Below, in pieces: positions 37,674-45,843 of a stretch of DNA of 64,000 nt (its first letter is position 1; each line of letters opens with the position of its first letter). The position numbers were made by a program, and so were the translations under genes. This DNA is from Gammaproteobacteria bacterium (lineage in GTDB: Bacteria > Pseudomonadota > Gammaproteobacteria > S012-40), in assembly GCA_919902765.1 (NCBI GenBank), contig CAKKRP010000063.1, forward strand, positions 15,112 to 79,111. Direction: 5' to 3'. The notes beneath the pieces are model-generated. The model searched no databases, had not been told where the DNA came from, and saw only the letters and a program-made list of their open reading frames with translations.

Positions 37674-38138
37674 CTACATATACATTGCGATATCGGACTG
37701 CCCGGCGAATTCCAGAAAAGTCGCCGCGCCACCGTAATCGATACCATCCAACAAATCGCGATGTTTAAAATCGAATAAATCGACCGTCATCTGACAAGCG
37801 ATAAATTTCACGTCCGCCTCAACGCATAAATCGCGCAATTCGGGAATGCTGGCCACGCCTTTAGATTTGATTTTCTGTTTCATCATCGCGGTCATCATCG
37901 CTTGCATGCCCGGCAAGGCTTGCAGCAATACCGGCATGGGCATAGGCATGGGCATACCTGGATTGCCCAATGACGTTACTTTTAGATCCAACTTCTTTTT
38001 CAGCAAATTGATACCGTAGAAAGTGAAAAAGATCTGCACCTCATAACCTAGAGCTGCCGCAGTAGAACTCAGGATAAAAGGAGGGTAGGCCCAATCCAAA
38101 CTGCCTTTAGTTGCAATAATCGCAAATTTTTTGGCCAT
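37674..38138 (-). CDS. DsrE/DsrF-like family protein (DsrE3-like), with a Met/Pro-rich insert
   Basis: 154 aa. N-terminus KFAIIATKGSLDWAYPPFILSSTAAALG and C-terminus FIACQMTVDLF. The internal segment reads GNPGMPMPMPMPVLLQALPGMQAMMTAMM. Confidence 0.62.
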   Translation of the reverse strand: MAKKFAIIATKGSLDWAYPPFILSSTAAALGYEVQIFFTFYGINLLKKKLDLKVTSLGNPGMPMPMPMPVLLQALPGMQAMMTAMMKQKIKSKGVASIPELRDLCVEADVKFIACQMTVDLFDFKHRDLLDGIDYGGAATFLEFAGQSDIAMYM

Positions 38139-38220
38139 TCAACATCACCCGCTACGCTGCTAAATAAAATATCGACTAAACCGGCGCCCCGCCATGCGCA
38201 ACACCGGTTTAATAATTAGA

Positions 38221-38478
38221 TTAGGCCTTTTTGATCAAAAATACGAACTTTCCGGATTCTTGATTCGATTCAACCAAGGTATTGCCCGTCTGCTTGGCAA
38301 ACGCCTGAAAATCTTTCACCGAACCGGGATCGGTGGCCACCACTTTTAACACTTGGCCGCTTTTTAGATCCGCCAAACTTTTCTTTGCGCGCAAAATGGG
38401 CAGCGGACAATTTAACCCAGACGCATCCAACACTTGATCAAAACCTGACATAGCCATGCTCTCCTGATAGTAAACCAT
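38221..38478 (-). CDS. tusA: Sulfur carrier protein TusA
   Basis: Contains the CPxP active-site motif (LDASGLNCPLPILRAKKSL). The true start is probably the internal ATG at 38451 or 38457 (AGGAGA upstream). Confidence 0.85.
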   Translation of the reverse strand: MVYYQESMAMSGFDQVLDASGLNCPLPILRAKKSLADLKSGQVLKVVATDPGSVKDFQAFAKQTGNTLVESNQESGKFVFLIKKA

Positions 38479-38946
38479 GAAAACAAAAATGTTTTGCGGC
38501 CCACCTTGCGGCGTTGTTCACACCATTATAGCGGATCGCCATCCCCCAATCTTCCATCTATCTTATACGGTACTGCGTCACAATTGGAACACCTGCCCTA
38601 CCACACCCCCAGCGGCATCCATGTGACTACCTGAATCTAAGGTATTAAATAGGGCGGGAACAAGGCAAATAAATCCTTTTAATAGCTATTAAGAATATTA
38701 ATAACTAAGCATATACCAATATACCGTTTTGCAGTATAACACCCCGTTATCGTGATGCGCCATCTCCAAAACAGCCTCCATACCCAGCCCCACAGCGCCC
38801 CCTTTTCTCGCTCCAGGGAATTTCGCCCAGCCCAGACGCAATTGTGGTATAAATGTTTCTTGATACTTTGGTGACCGCGCGCTTAGTCGATCTCCAGACA
38901 ACAGCGCAAGAATTAACCAGCTTCGGAAAATCCATAGGTTTCGCGC

Positions 38947-40437
38947 TTGCGTGATCGCATTTGTGTCCTCTTTTTAGCATTGGCCCTCGGTAACCCATGG
39001 GGTACACGCGCCGGCGAAGGCGATATTCTGCTGCCCGATATCGGCGGCAACACGTCGCGCATGTCAGCGGACGAGGAACGTCGTCTAGGTGACGAGTTTA
39101 TGCGCCAAGTTCACCAACAAACGATGCTCATCACCGACCCGGAAATAGATGAATTTATCAACCATCTGGGCTACCGTTTGGTTTCCAATAGCGATTATAA
39201 ACGCGGAAATTTCCACTTTTTTGTGGTCAAATCGCGCATGATCAACGCTTTTGCCGGTCCAGCGGGGCATATCGGTGTCAATAGCGGATTAATTCTAACC
39301 GCCGATAGCGAGAGTGAACTTTCCGGCGTCATGGCCCACGAAATCGCCCACGTCGGCCAACATCATTTGGACCGCGCGTTCGATACGGCAGAAAAACTTA
39401 GTTTATCGACGGCCGGGGCTATCATTGCGGCGATCTTGCTTGGCAGTCGCGACGCGCTGTTGGCCGAGGCCGCTATCGCGGCAACCATGGCCGCGAATAT
39501 TCAAACGCAGTTGAATTTTACCCGCGCTCATGAACGTGAAGCGGACTTCGTCGGCATACAAATTTTGCAGCGCACGGGATATGATCCACGCGCGATGTCG
39601 ATTTTTTTTGAACGCCTATCGCAGAGCGATCGCATGTACGATAATGAAGTACCGGAATTTCTGCGTACCCATCCGGTCACTACCGATCGAATTGCAGAAG
39701 CGCGCGGACGCGCGGAGCGTTTTCTGCCATTAACAAAACTCGAAAACGACGGCATCATGTTTCATCTGATCCGCGCAAAAATCCAAGTTTACAGCGATGA
39801 CAATGCAAAATACGTCGCCAAGACGTTCGCTAAACAACTAGAAGATAAACGTTACCCCAATCGGTACGCAAGTTTATACGGCTACGCCCTCGCGTTACTG
39901 GGCAGCGGTCAATACGAGCAAGCGCGCAAACACATCGAACAAGTCATACGCGAAGACCGTGAACGCATCCCGTATGTCATCGCGCGCGCGCAAATCGATC
40001 TCGCCGACGGTAAGGCGGAAGGCGCGCTCGCCAAATATCGAGAGGCGCTCAAACTTAATCCGCGCAATGTCCCGTTAACGCGCTATTTTATCAACACCCT
40101 CATACAGACCGCGCACTGGCAGGAGGCCGGCACCCTGTTGGCGCAAGAGCTTGCACACCAGCCCGACAACGCCTATTTGCACCAATCACTGGCCAAGGTG
40201 GAAGGAGAAATGGGCCATCCCGGAGCAGCGCATCGCGCTATGGGGGAATATTACGCGCTAATCGGCCAAGCCACCGCGAGCTTGGAGCAACTGACACTCG
40301 CGCTACGCCAACCCGACTTGACTGCCGAACAACGCCTACAAATTGAAGAACGCATAAAACTTTTGCGTAAAGTCGTCATTGATGAAAGACAGAAATCCGC
40401 CCCGCCAGACAAATACATACATAAAAATATTTTATAG
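38947..40437 (+). CDS. bepA: M48 family metalloprotease with TPR repeats (BepA/YfgC-like)
   Basis: 496 aa with the HExxH motif (MAHEIAHVGQHH) and a C-terminal TPR-like region. The start is a TTG in the ORF track and is uncertain. Confidence 0.78.
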   Translation: MRDRICVLFLALALGNPWGTRAGEGDILLPDIGGNTSRMSADEERRLGDEFMRQVHQQTMLITDPEIDEFINHLGYRLVSNSDYKRGNFHFFVVKSRMINAFAGPAGHIGVNSGLILTADSESELSGVMAHEIAHVGQHHLDRAFDTAEKLSLSTAGAIIAAILLGSRDALLAEAAIAATMAANIQTQLNFTRAHEREADFVGIQILQRTGYDPRAMSIFFERLSQSDRMYDNEVPEFLRTHPVTTDRIAEARGRAERFLPLTKLENDGIMFHLIRAKIQVYSDDNAKYVAKTFAKQLEDKRYPNRYASLYGYALALLGSGQYEQARKHIEQVIREDRERIPYVIARAQIDLADGKAEGALAKYREALKLNPRNVPLTRYFINTLIQTAHWQEAGTLLAQELAHQPDNAYLHQSLAKVEGEMGHPGAAHRAMGEYYALIGQATASLEQLTLALRQPDLTAEQRLQIEERIKLLRKVVIDERQKSAPPDKYIHKNIL

Positions 40438-40645
40438 CCGCATTTAACCCCTCCCCATTATGAAAATTCCAAATCTCTACCTAAATTTTTTCTTGCCAAT
40501 ATCGCTGACTAATGTATCCTTGTGTTTTCTAATACAAGCCCGCGCTTCCTGAAAGCCATTGAAAATAGTATGGCTACTAGTGAACAGGTATTGTCGTATT
40601 TACGGGTCGCGTTATCAGTTGTGTTAAATCGAGAGGAGGGTTGTA

Positions 40646-41005
40646 ATGCGTAAAGCAATGAAACTCGTCATGGCCGCAAGTGTCGTCGCCTTAGTTATGT
40701 CTGTGACGATTACCCCGGCTACGGCGGTCGCAGGGGATGTCGAGGAAGGCAAAGTGATCGCGTTTGATCGCCAAAAGGGCAATTGCCTGGCGTGCCACGC
40801 CATTGAAGGCGGTTCGTTGCCTGGCAATATAGGCCCGCCGTTGGTGCAAATGAAGTCTCGTTTTCCGGACAAGGCCAAATTGCGTGATCAGATTTTCGAT
40901 CCCACACGCAATAATCCCAACACTATCATGCCGCCCTTCGGCAAGCTCGATCTATTGACTGCCGAAGAACTGCGCAAGGTTGTCGAATTTGTATACAGTT
41001 TATAG
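40646..41005 (+). CDS. soxX: Sulfur-oxidation c-type cytochrome SoxX
   Basis: 119 aa with a signal peptide and a single CxxCH (CLACH). It precedes soxYZA. Confidence 0.85.
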   Translation: MRKAMKLVMAASVVALVMSVTITPATAVAGDVEEGKVIAFDRQKGNCLACHAIEGGSLPGNIGPPLVQMKSRFPDKAKLRDQIFDPTRNNPNTIMPPFGKLDLLTAEELRKVVEFVYSL

Positions 41006-41038
41006 TGCATAATTTTTCTGAACTCAGGAGATTGCTAA

Positions 41039-41509
41039 ATGAGTGTTAAACGTAGATCCTTTTTGAAAGGCACGGTGGCCACCAGCGCGCTGGGCGTTGC
41101 AGTAGGTTCGGGCTTGTTGCAGCCGCGTGCCGCGTGGGCGGCGTGGTCTGAAAAGGCCTTTTCAGCCAAAAAAGTCGATGAAGCGATTGCCGGCCTGTAC
41201 GGCAGTGCGACGACCAAAGACTCCAGTGAAATCAAACTCACGGTGCCGGACATCGCAGAAAACGGCGCCGTTGTGCCCATTTCGGTCACCACCAGTTTAA
41301 AAAATGTAGAGAGTATCGCCATTTTGGTCGAGAAAAATCCCGCGCCTCTGACCGGTGGTTTTAATTTCAGCGGTAATCTTGAAGGCTATGTCTCCACCCG
41401 CATCAAAATGGGTGAGACCTCCGACGTTTACGCCGTAGTGAAGGCGGGCGGTCAAGTATATAGCACCAAGAAAATGGTCAAGGTCACGATCGGCGGTTGT
41501 GGCGGTTAA
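41039..41509 (+). CDS. soxY: Thiosulfate-oxidation carrier protein SoxY
   Basis: 156 aa with a Tat signal (RRSFLKG) and the diagnostic C-terminal GGCGG. Confidence 0.92.
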   Translation: MSVKRRSFLKGTVATSALGVAVGSGLLQPRAAWAAWSEKAFSAKKVDEAIAGLYGSATTKDSSEIKLTVPDIAENGAVVPISVTTSLKNVESIAILVEKNPAPLTGGFNFSGNLEGYVSTRIKMGETSDVYAVVKAGGQVYSTKKMVKVTIGGCGG

Positions 41510-41535
41510 CAACTAATTGTAGAGAGGCAACACAT

Positions 41536-41853
41536 ATGGCAAGTAGTACGATCAAAATTAAAGCGGCATTGACCGGCGACATGACGGAGGTCAAGGCGTT
41601 ATTTCAACATGTCATGGAAACCGGTCAACGCAAAGATCCCAAAACAGGTGAAAAAATTCCTGCGCATCACATCAAAGAAGTGATTTGCCAACACAACGGC
41701 AAGACGATTTTGAGCTGCGACTGGGGTGTGGCGGTGGCAAAAAACCCTTACCTATCCTTTAGGTTCGGCGGCGGCAAGGCTGGCGATACGGTCAAGATTA
41801 GCTGGACGGACAACAAGGGTGATAGCGACTCAGCGGAAACCAAAATCGGCTAA
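41536..41853 (+). CDS. soxZ: Thiosulfate-oxidation carrier complex protein SoxZ
   Basis: The start is set at ATG 41536 (MASSTIKIKA...). It contains the typical SoxZ motif HVMETGQRKD and follows soxY. Confidence 0.88.
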   Translation: MASSTIKIKAALTGDMTEVKALFQHVMETGQRKDPKTGEKIPAHHIKEVICQHNGKTILSCDWGVAVAKNPYLSFRFGGGKAGDTVKISWTDNKGDSDSAETKIG

Positions 41854-41893
41854 GTCACTTCAACAGTTTAATTGCGTGGGAGGAGGAACAGCG

Positions 41894-42724
41894 ATGCGCA
41901 AAATAGGTTCTATTGTAGTGGCCGGGTGTTTGTTGGGCGTTGCCGCATCGACATTCGCGGCTCCGGAAGACGATCTCAAATCACTGCAAAAATTTTACAA
42001 AGAACGGTTTCCGGATTTAAAGCAAGATGAATATGTAAATGGTGTGTATGCATTGGATGCGGGTCTACGCGAACAATGGCAAGCCATCGAAGATTTCCCT
42101 CCCTATGAGATGGATATCGACGAAGGCAAAAAACTGTTCGAGACGCCGTTCAAAAATGGCAAAACATATGGCTCTTGTTTTGAAAAAGGCGGCATAAGCA
42201 TTGCCCACAAGTACCCATATTTTGACGCCAAAACCGGCAAGGTGGTCACTTTGGAACAAGCGGTGAACGATTGCCGCAAGACCAACGGTGAAGAACCCCT
42301 ACCGTGGTATAAGGGCAAGATCGCGCAAATCATGTCGTATATGAACTTCACTTCACGCGGCAACGTCATTAAGGTGGACATTCCTAACGACGCCGCGCGT
42401 CAAGCCTACGAACAAGGCCGTAAATATTATTTTGCGCGCCGGGGTCAGTTGAATATGTCGTGCGCACATTGTCACATTGACAATGCAGGCCGTCGTATTC
42501 GTGCGGATTTATTGAGCCCGGCAATCGGGCATGCCGCGCATTGGCCGGTTTACCGTTCCGATTGGGGTGCCGTAGGCACCTTGCAGATGCGGTTTGACGG
42601 CTGTAATAAACAAGTACGCGCCAAAGCGGCCGCACCTCAAAGTGATGAGTACCGCAATTTGGAATACTTCATCACTTATATGAGTAACGGCCTGCCGTTG
42701 GCGGGTCCAACGTCGCGTAAATAA
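41894..42724 (+). CDS. soxA: SoxA cytochrome c (single CxxCH seen)
   Basis: The start is set at ATG 41894 (GGAGGAGG SD, signal peptide MRKIGSIVVAGCLLGVAASTFA). It has one heme motif (CAHCH) and the conserved distal Cys context (FDGCNKQVR). Confidence 0.88.
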   Translation: MRKIGSIVVAGCLLGVAASTFAAPEDDLKSLQKFYKERFPDLKQDEYVNGVYALDAGLREQWQAIEDFPPYEMDIDEGKKLFETPFKNGKTYGSCFEKGGISIAHKYPYFDAKTGKVVTLEQAVNDCRKTNGEEPLPWYKGKIAQIMSYMNFTSRGNVIKVDIPNDAARQAYEQGRKYYFARRGQLNMSCAHCHIDNAGRRIRADLLSPAIGHAAHWPVYRSDWGAVGTLQMRFDGCNKQVRAKAAAPQSDEYRNLEYFITYMSNGLPLAGPTSRK

Positions 42725-42740
42725 CGTTCTCTATGCATCA

Positions 42741-42770
42741 AAACCGGCGGATAACCCGCCGGTTTTGTTT
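42741..42770 (+). terminator. Rho-independent terminator after soxA
   Basis: aaaccggcgg-ataac-ccgccggttt forms a perfect 10-bp stem and is followed by tgtttgtt. Confidence 0.7.
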
Positions 42771-43001
42771 GTTCGAAGTAGGTGGATAAGCCCCTATTGC
42801 GAGTTAGACGTATCATAAATCCTATGCAATTTGCGTCCATATACACTGCTCATTGCACTGCGATTTGGCACATCGTTGTTAGGCATTTTTCATTATTGCG
42901 ACCTACCCCATATGCACGGCCAGCACGGCGTAATATTTCTCTCTGCTACACGATAACAACGCCTTCGCTTCAAAATTTCATATATTACGAGAGGTAATCA
43001 C

Positions 43002-44723
43002 ATGTCACTCACTCGTCGCGAATTTTTACAAATACTGGCCGCCGCAAGCGCGGCGGGCATTAGCCTTCCAGGTTACGGCGTTGCCGCTGGCAAGGAAAAA
43101 GCGGACAGCGATATTTATGAGCTTCCGAAATTCGGTAATGTTTCTTTGCTGCATATTACCGACGTACACGCGCAATTGTTGCCTATATGGTTTCGCGAGC
43201 CGAATATCAACATCGGCATCGGTAAGATGCAAGGACAAGCACCCCATTTGGTGGGCCAACACTATTTGAGACACTATGGTATCGCGCCAGGCAGCGCCGA
43301 GGCGCATGCATTTACGCACCTGGATTTTGTTGAGGCCTCTAAACGCTATGGTAAAGTGGGCGGATTCGCCCATCTCGCCACGCTGGTCAAAAAGATGCGC
43401 GAGCAACGCCCCGGCGCCCTATTATTAGATGGCGGCGACACTTGGCAGGGCTCTGCCACGTCGCTGTGGACCAAGGGTCAAGACATGATTGATGCGTGCA
43501 AACTGCTAGGCGTCAAGGTCATGACCGCGCACTGGGAATTCACCTACGGCGACAACCGCGTCAAAGAAGTCCTCGAAAAAGATCTCAAGGGCCATATCGA
43601 TTTTGTAGCCCAAAATGTCTTCGATACCGAATGGAACGAACGCATCTTTACGCCGTCGGTGACCAAGACCATCAATGGCGTACCGGTGGCGATTATCGGC
43701 CAGGCGTTTCCCTATACACCGGTTGCGAATCCACGTTATATGATCCCCACGTGGAGTTTCGGCATACGCGATGAAGAAATGCAAAAACAAGTGGATAAAG
43801 TACGTGCCGAAGGTGCCAAAATTGTTGTCGTGTTGTCGCATAACGGTATGGATGTAGACCTCAAAATGGCCTCGCGTGTCACTGGCATCGATGTCATTCT
43901 GGGCGGTCATACGCATGACGCGGTGCCTAAACCCATCACCGTCAGCAATGCCAGCGGTAAAACCTTGGTCATAAATTCAGGGTCCAACGGTAAATTCTTA
44001 TCGGTGCTGGATTTGGATGTCAAAGACGGTCGCTTACGCGATTTCCGCTATCGTTTGCTACCGGTGTTTTCTAATTTGCTCGCGCCCGACCGCGAAATGG
44101 CGGCGCTGATCGAACGCGTACGCGCCCCATTTAAGGCCAAACTGGAGGAAAAATTGGCAGTTACCGACGACCTGCTGTATCGCCGCGGCAATTTTAATGG
44201 CACCTTCGATCAACTGATACTCGACGCGTTGCTCGCGGTGAAAGGCGCGGATCTCGCCTTCTCGCCGGGTTTTCGTTGGGGTACGTCACTCCTCCCGGGG
44301 GACACCATCACTATGGAGGACGTGATGAACCAAACTGCGATCACCTATCCGACTTCCACGTTGACCGACATGACAGGCAGTCGCATCAAAGAGATTTTAG
44401 AAGATGTAGCGGATAATCTTTATAACCAAGACCCCTATTATCAACAAGGCGGGGATATGGTGCGGGTCGGCGCGCTTAAATATGCGATAGAACCGAACAG
44501 TACGATGAATAAGCGTATTTCTGCGATGGAACTCAAAGGTAAACCGCTAGCTCTTAACAAAACATACAAGGTTGCCGGTTGGGCGCCGGTGTCACAACCT
44601 ATGGAGGGCGCCCCGATTTGGGATGTCGTGGCGGAATATCTACGCAACGCCAAACACGTGAAGATAGGTGAACCCAATGTACCGCTGATAAAGGGGATCA
44701 AGCAAAACCCCGGGCTCGCATAA
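43002..44723 (+). CDS. soxB: Thiosulfohydrolase SoxB
   Basis: 573 aa with a Tat signal (TRREFLQILAAASAAG) and metallophosphoesterase / 5'-nucleotidase-like motifs (LLHITDVHAQ, DGGDTWQGS, GGHTHD). Confidence 0.92.
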   Translation: MSLTRREFLQILAAASAAGISLPGYGVAAGKEKADSDIYELPKFGNVSLLHITDVHAQLLPIWFREPNINIGIGKMQGQAPHLVGQHYLRHYGIAPGSAEAHAFTHLDFVEASKRYGKVGGFAHLATLVKKMREQRPGALLLDGGDTWQGSATSLWTKGQDMIDACKLLGVKVMTAHWEFTYGDNRVKEVLEKDLKGHIDFVAQNVFDTEWNERIFTPSVTKTINGVPVAIIGQAFPYTPVANPRYMIPTWSFGIRDEEMQKQVDKVRAEGAKIVVVLSHNGMDVDLKMASRVTGIDVILGGHTHDAVPKPITVSNASGKTLVINSGSNGKFLSVLDLDVKDGRLRDFRYRLLPVFSNLLAPDREMAALIERVRAPFKAKLEEKLAVTDDLLYRRGNFNGTFDQLILDALLAVKGADLAFSPGFRWGTSLLPGDTITMEDVMNQTAITYPTSTLTDMTGSRIKEILEDVADNLYNQDPYYQQGGDMVRVGALKYAIEPNSTMNKRISAMELKGKPLALNKTYKVAGWAPVSQPMEGAPIWDVVAEYLRNAKHVKIGEPNVPLIKGIKQNPGLA

Positions 44724-44733
44724 TTGTTAAGCG

Positions 44734-44770
44734 CTGGCAGGTCTACCTGGGTGGATCTGCCGCTTTTTTC
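44734..44770. terminator. Hairpin plus T-run between the convergent soxB and lptG genes
   Basis: ggcag(g)tc ... ga(t)ctgcc forms an imperfect stem and is followed by gcttttttc on the plus strand. Confidence 0.5.
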
Positions 44771-44775
44771 GGTAA

Positions 44776-45843
44776 TCAGCGTAATCTGCGCATCATCGCC
44801 ATAGCGATAAACGCAAATACCAAGGTCGGCAAGCTTGCGGAAATGCGCGGATCGACTTGAAACACCAGCCCCATGTAACCCACCACTTGATTAATCAAGT
44901 AAAAACCCACGCCTATCAACATGCCGATAAATATGCGTGCGCTGGCACCCACGCTACGCAACGGGCCAAAGACGATGGGCACCGCCAATAACACCATTAC
45001 CGCAATCGTAATCGGGGTCAATAATTTATTCCATAGCGTGGCGACATAAGCCTGCGACGCTAGCTCATTGTTTTCCAAATAATTAATGTATTCATATAGT
45101 GTCCATATGGGCATGCTGTTGGCGCGCACCGTCACCACCTCCAACAAACTTTCCGTCAACAAGCCATCCCATTGGTGCTCCGCTTGACGCTCAATTTTGG
45201 CACCTGAGGCCGTGAAGCGCACCCGTTCATAAGCGAGGAGTAGCCAATGGTTGCTCCCTTGGTGTATGGCAGTCGCCGCCTTATTGATCGCGTATACCTG
45301 CCCGTTATGATTGAGTTCGACGATTTCGACGTTGAGCAGGCGGCCATTGTGTTCTACACGCCCGACGCGGATCACGCTTTGACCCTGGCGCAACCATAAG
45401 CCTTTTTGGGTGCTTAAACTGGCCTCGCCGCTAATCGCCAGGGTTCTTAGCAACTCGGCCTTGCGTACGGCCCACGGCGAAATTCCCTCGCCTATCAATA
45501 CCGTAATCACCATCATGCCCAAACCGACCCACAGCACCACGCGCGTAATACGCGCAATCGGCACACCCGCCGCGCGCATGGCGGTGAGTTCTGAACTGCC
45601 GGCGAGCCCTCCTAGACCTACCATGCAGCCCAATAAGGCCGCCGGTGGAAACAACTGATACGTGAACCCTGGCAACATCAAGGCGACAAACACCGCTGCG
45701 CGCCATACATCGTAACTACCCTGCCCAGTGCGGGTCAGTTCGTCGATAAAGCTGACGAGCGTAAAAAGGCTTAATAGACTCACCAGCACAACGGCCGTCG
45801 CCTTAACGATGGTCACTCCCAAATAACGATCAATAATGCGCAT
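44776..45843 (-). CDS. lptG: LPS export ABC transporter permease LptG
   Basis: 355 aa polytopic membrane protein with a YjgP/YjgQ-type N-terminus (MRIIDRYLGVTIVKA). It is paired with lptF. Confidence 0.88.
   Translation of the reverse strand: MRIIDRYLGVTIVKATAVVLVSLLSLFTLVSFIDELTRTGQGSYDVWRAAVFVALMLPGFTYQLFPPAALLGCMVGLGGLAGSSELTAMRAAGVPIARITRVVLWVGLGMMVITVLIGEGISPWAVRKAELLRTLAISGEASLSTQKGLWLRQGQSVIRVGRVEHNGRLLNVEIVELNHNGQVYAINKAATAIHQGSNHWLLLAYERVRFTASGAKIERQAEHQWDGLLTESLLEVVTVRANSMPIWTLYEYINYLENNELASQAYVATLWNKLLTPITIAVMVLLAVPIVFGPLRSVGASARIFIGMLIGVGFYLINQVVGYMGLVFQVDPRISASLPTLVFAFIAMAMMRRLR

Noticed and set aside
38698-39007. Two overlapping minus-strand ORFs (67 and 86 aa) in the tusA-bepA spacer
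   Set aside because: They have no SD, they overlap each other and the bepA start, and their sequences have no recognisable motifs. I treat the region as a divergent promoter region.
40590-40670. 27-codon ORF (MATSEQVLSYLRVALSVVLNREEGCNA) overlapping the soxX start
   Set aside because: It has no SD, overlaps the strong soxX ribosome-binding site (GAGAGGAGGG), and has no distinguishing features.
41497-41893. Long upstream extensions of the soxZ and soxA ORFs in the track
   Set aside because: They overlap the preceding genes in other frames. The internal ATGs (41536 and 41894) have SD sequences and give the expected mature N-terminus and signal peptide.
42866-42881. TGGCAC-atcgt-TGTTA, a sigma54-like site upstream of soxB
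   Set aside because: The -12 element lacks the invariant GC at the correct spacing (GG-N10 gives GT). I do not consider it a credible RpoN promoter.
42782-42997. 71-aa plus-strand ORF in the soxA-soxB spacer
   Set aside because: It starts right after a strong terminator without an SD. Its composition is unnatural (Ile/Arg/Thr/Tyr-rich), and it ends at the soxB SD. Most likely non-coding.
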